A DNA stretch of 37,647 nucleotides, from IMG/VR virus record IMGVR_UViG_3300010342_000399. One strand, written 5' to 3'. The notes below the pieces were generated by a model. That model saw nothing but the letters and a program-made list of their open reading frames with translations. It ran no database searches and had not been told where the DNA came from. Origin of the DNA: an uncultured virus (IMG/VR IMGVR_UViG_3300010342_000399) (Duplodnaviria; Heunggongvirae; Uroviricota; Caudoviricetes). Numbering within the stretch: the first letter of the stretch is position 1; every line of letters starts with the position of its first letter. Shown here piece by piece: positions 36,597 to 37,647 of the stretch. The translations under genes and the position numbers were made by a program.

Positions 36597-37025
36597 TTAT
36601 TTCTTCATCATTGATCCGGAAGAGTTTTTTTTTTCATCCACACTTAAACCTTCCATATATTCAAGAAAATCTTTTTTTGTTAGTGCATTGTCATTACTAA
36701 TATATTTTATATATGATTTTTCTAATGATTTAAGTTGTTTAACAAATTCTTCAGTATTTTTAATATGTTCTTCAAGATCTTTTCTTAAATCAATTTGTCC
36801 TTGTAACAATAATGAATCTATTTTTCGTTGACTTTTTTGATTTTGAACAACCGTTTCAACTTTTTCTTGCATCTTATCATTACTATGATTCCATTTATCA
36901 TATGTTTTGTAACCACCTAAAATAATACCAGCAAACGTTACAATAGTAAGGTATTGACTACTAAAAGTTCCAATATGTTTAAGTAGTCTAGTTAACGCGC
37001 CTTCCGTTTGTGTATTAGTATTCAT
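36597..37025 (-). CDS. Single-pass membrane protein with a coiled coil
   Basis: YLTIVTFAGIILGGY followed by a charged helical region; TATTTATA at 37079-37072 upstream. Confidence 0.7.
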   Translation of the reverse strand: MNTNTQTEGALTRLLKHIGTFSSQYLTIVTFAGIILGGYKTYDKWNHSNDKMQEKVETVVQNQKSQRKIDSLLLQGQIDLRKDLEEHIKNTEEFVKQLKSLEKSYIKYISNDNALTKKDFLEYMEGLSVDEKKNSSGSMMKK

Positions 37026-37098
37026 TTTTAAATTTATTTCATTAAAATATTTTTTTTATTAAACGACCCCATATAAATAAATATATTATAATTTAATA

Positions 37099-37647
37099 TG
37101 ACTATCGGTAATGATAAATAATTTGATTATATTATTGAGAAATATTTGACATGAATCTAATCAAATTTATTGAATCATTTCCTGATGAATCCTCATGCAG
37201 GATCAAATTTAAGGAATTTCGGGATGAACAAGGGGTCATCTGTAGAAAATGTGGTGGTACTGATCATTATTGGTTGCAAACAATTGAACAGTATCAGTGT
37301 AAGAAATGCAAAACCAGGACAACCTTAAGAAGCGGAACAGTAATGCATGCAAGTAATCTTCCATTCAGGTATTGGTTTATTGCAATTCATTTACTGACAA
37401 GCACAAAAAAGACCTTTTCTGCCAAGGAGTTACAACGTCAGATCGGTCATAAATTTTATGAACCCATTTGGCTGATGATGCAGAAGCTGAGATTGACAAT
37501 GGGATCCAGAGACAGCAGGTATAAGCTGGACAAGATTGTCGAGTTGGATGAGGGCTTCTTTGAGAGTGTGGATACAGAAACAGAAGAAAATAAAAAATCT
37601 GAACCCGGAAAACGTGGCCGTGGCAGTCAGAAACAGAGAAAAGTATT
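37099..37647 (+). mobile_element. IS1595-family insertion sequence, truncated by the window end
   Basis: Abrupt rise in GC; transposase ORF from 37151; probable left end near TGACTATCGGTAATGA (37099), not confirmable without the right end. Confidence 0.85.
37151..37647 (+). CDS. IS1595 DDE transposase (partial, not in the ORF track)
   Basis: MNLIKFIESFPDESSC...CRKCG...YQCKKCKTRTTLRSGT (Zn ribbon), FSAKELQRQIG (HTH), IVELDEGFF (first catalytic Asp), KRGRGS. Confidence 0.93.
   Translation, partial: MNLIKFIESFPDESSCRIKFKEFRDEQGVICRKCGGTDHYWLQTIEQYQCKKCKTRTTLRSGTVMHASNLPFRYWFIAIHLLTSTKKTFSAKELQRQIGHKFYEPIWLMMQKLRLTMGSRDSRYKLDKIVELDEGFFESVDTETEENKKSEPGKRGRGSQKQRKV

Noticed and set aside
1..37647. 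Alternative genetic code (TAG/TGA reassignment seen in some large phages)
   Set aside because: Long conserved genes are intact under the standard code, and TAG (7153, 18531) and TGA stops fall at sensible gene ends.
1..37647. tRNA, rRNA, CRISPR or group I intron
   Set aside because: No cloverleaf, repeat-spacer array or split gene needing RNA splicing was visible by eye; tRNAscan and Infernal would be needed to exclude them formally.

Overview
A 37.6 kb piece of a very AT-rich large/jumbo T4-like (gp17/20/21/22/23-type) phage genome, read with the standard bacterial code. The host is probably Bacteroidota (inferred from TAnnTTTG promoter boxes, a DUF4494-like gene, a Bacteroidota-type IS1595 and few Shine-Dalgarno sites). 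The plus-strand block 1-13.2 kb holds three glycosyltransferase-like genes, degenerate HD and HAD proteins, dUTPase, PhoH, a gp55-like sigma factor, baseplate/virion proteins and a T5orf172 nuclease. The minus-strand block 13.2-33.1 kb holds dCMP deaminase, a HAD phosphatase, the head module (major capsid, scaffold, prohead protease, a portal with two inteins, large terminase), acidic probable head-internal proteins, a Pol-beta nucleotidyltransferase, a KTSC protein, a decayed IS200/IS605 tnpB remnant and Hsp20. After that come an N-domain-less ClpC, a candidate small ncRNA, holin-like membrane genes and an IS1595 transposase cut by the window end. Main leads: a sense-strand TATTTAT(A/T) candidate late promoter that often sits almost on the ATG; a ClpC/Hsp20/UVR-protein proteostasis module; shared head-targeting and cleavage motifs; the double-intein portal; and the promoter-hairpin-terminator unit after clpC. 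All family calls come from reading motifs by eye; no database searches were run.
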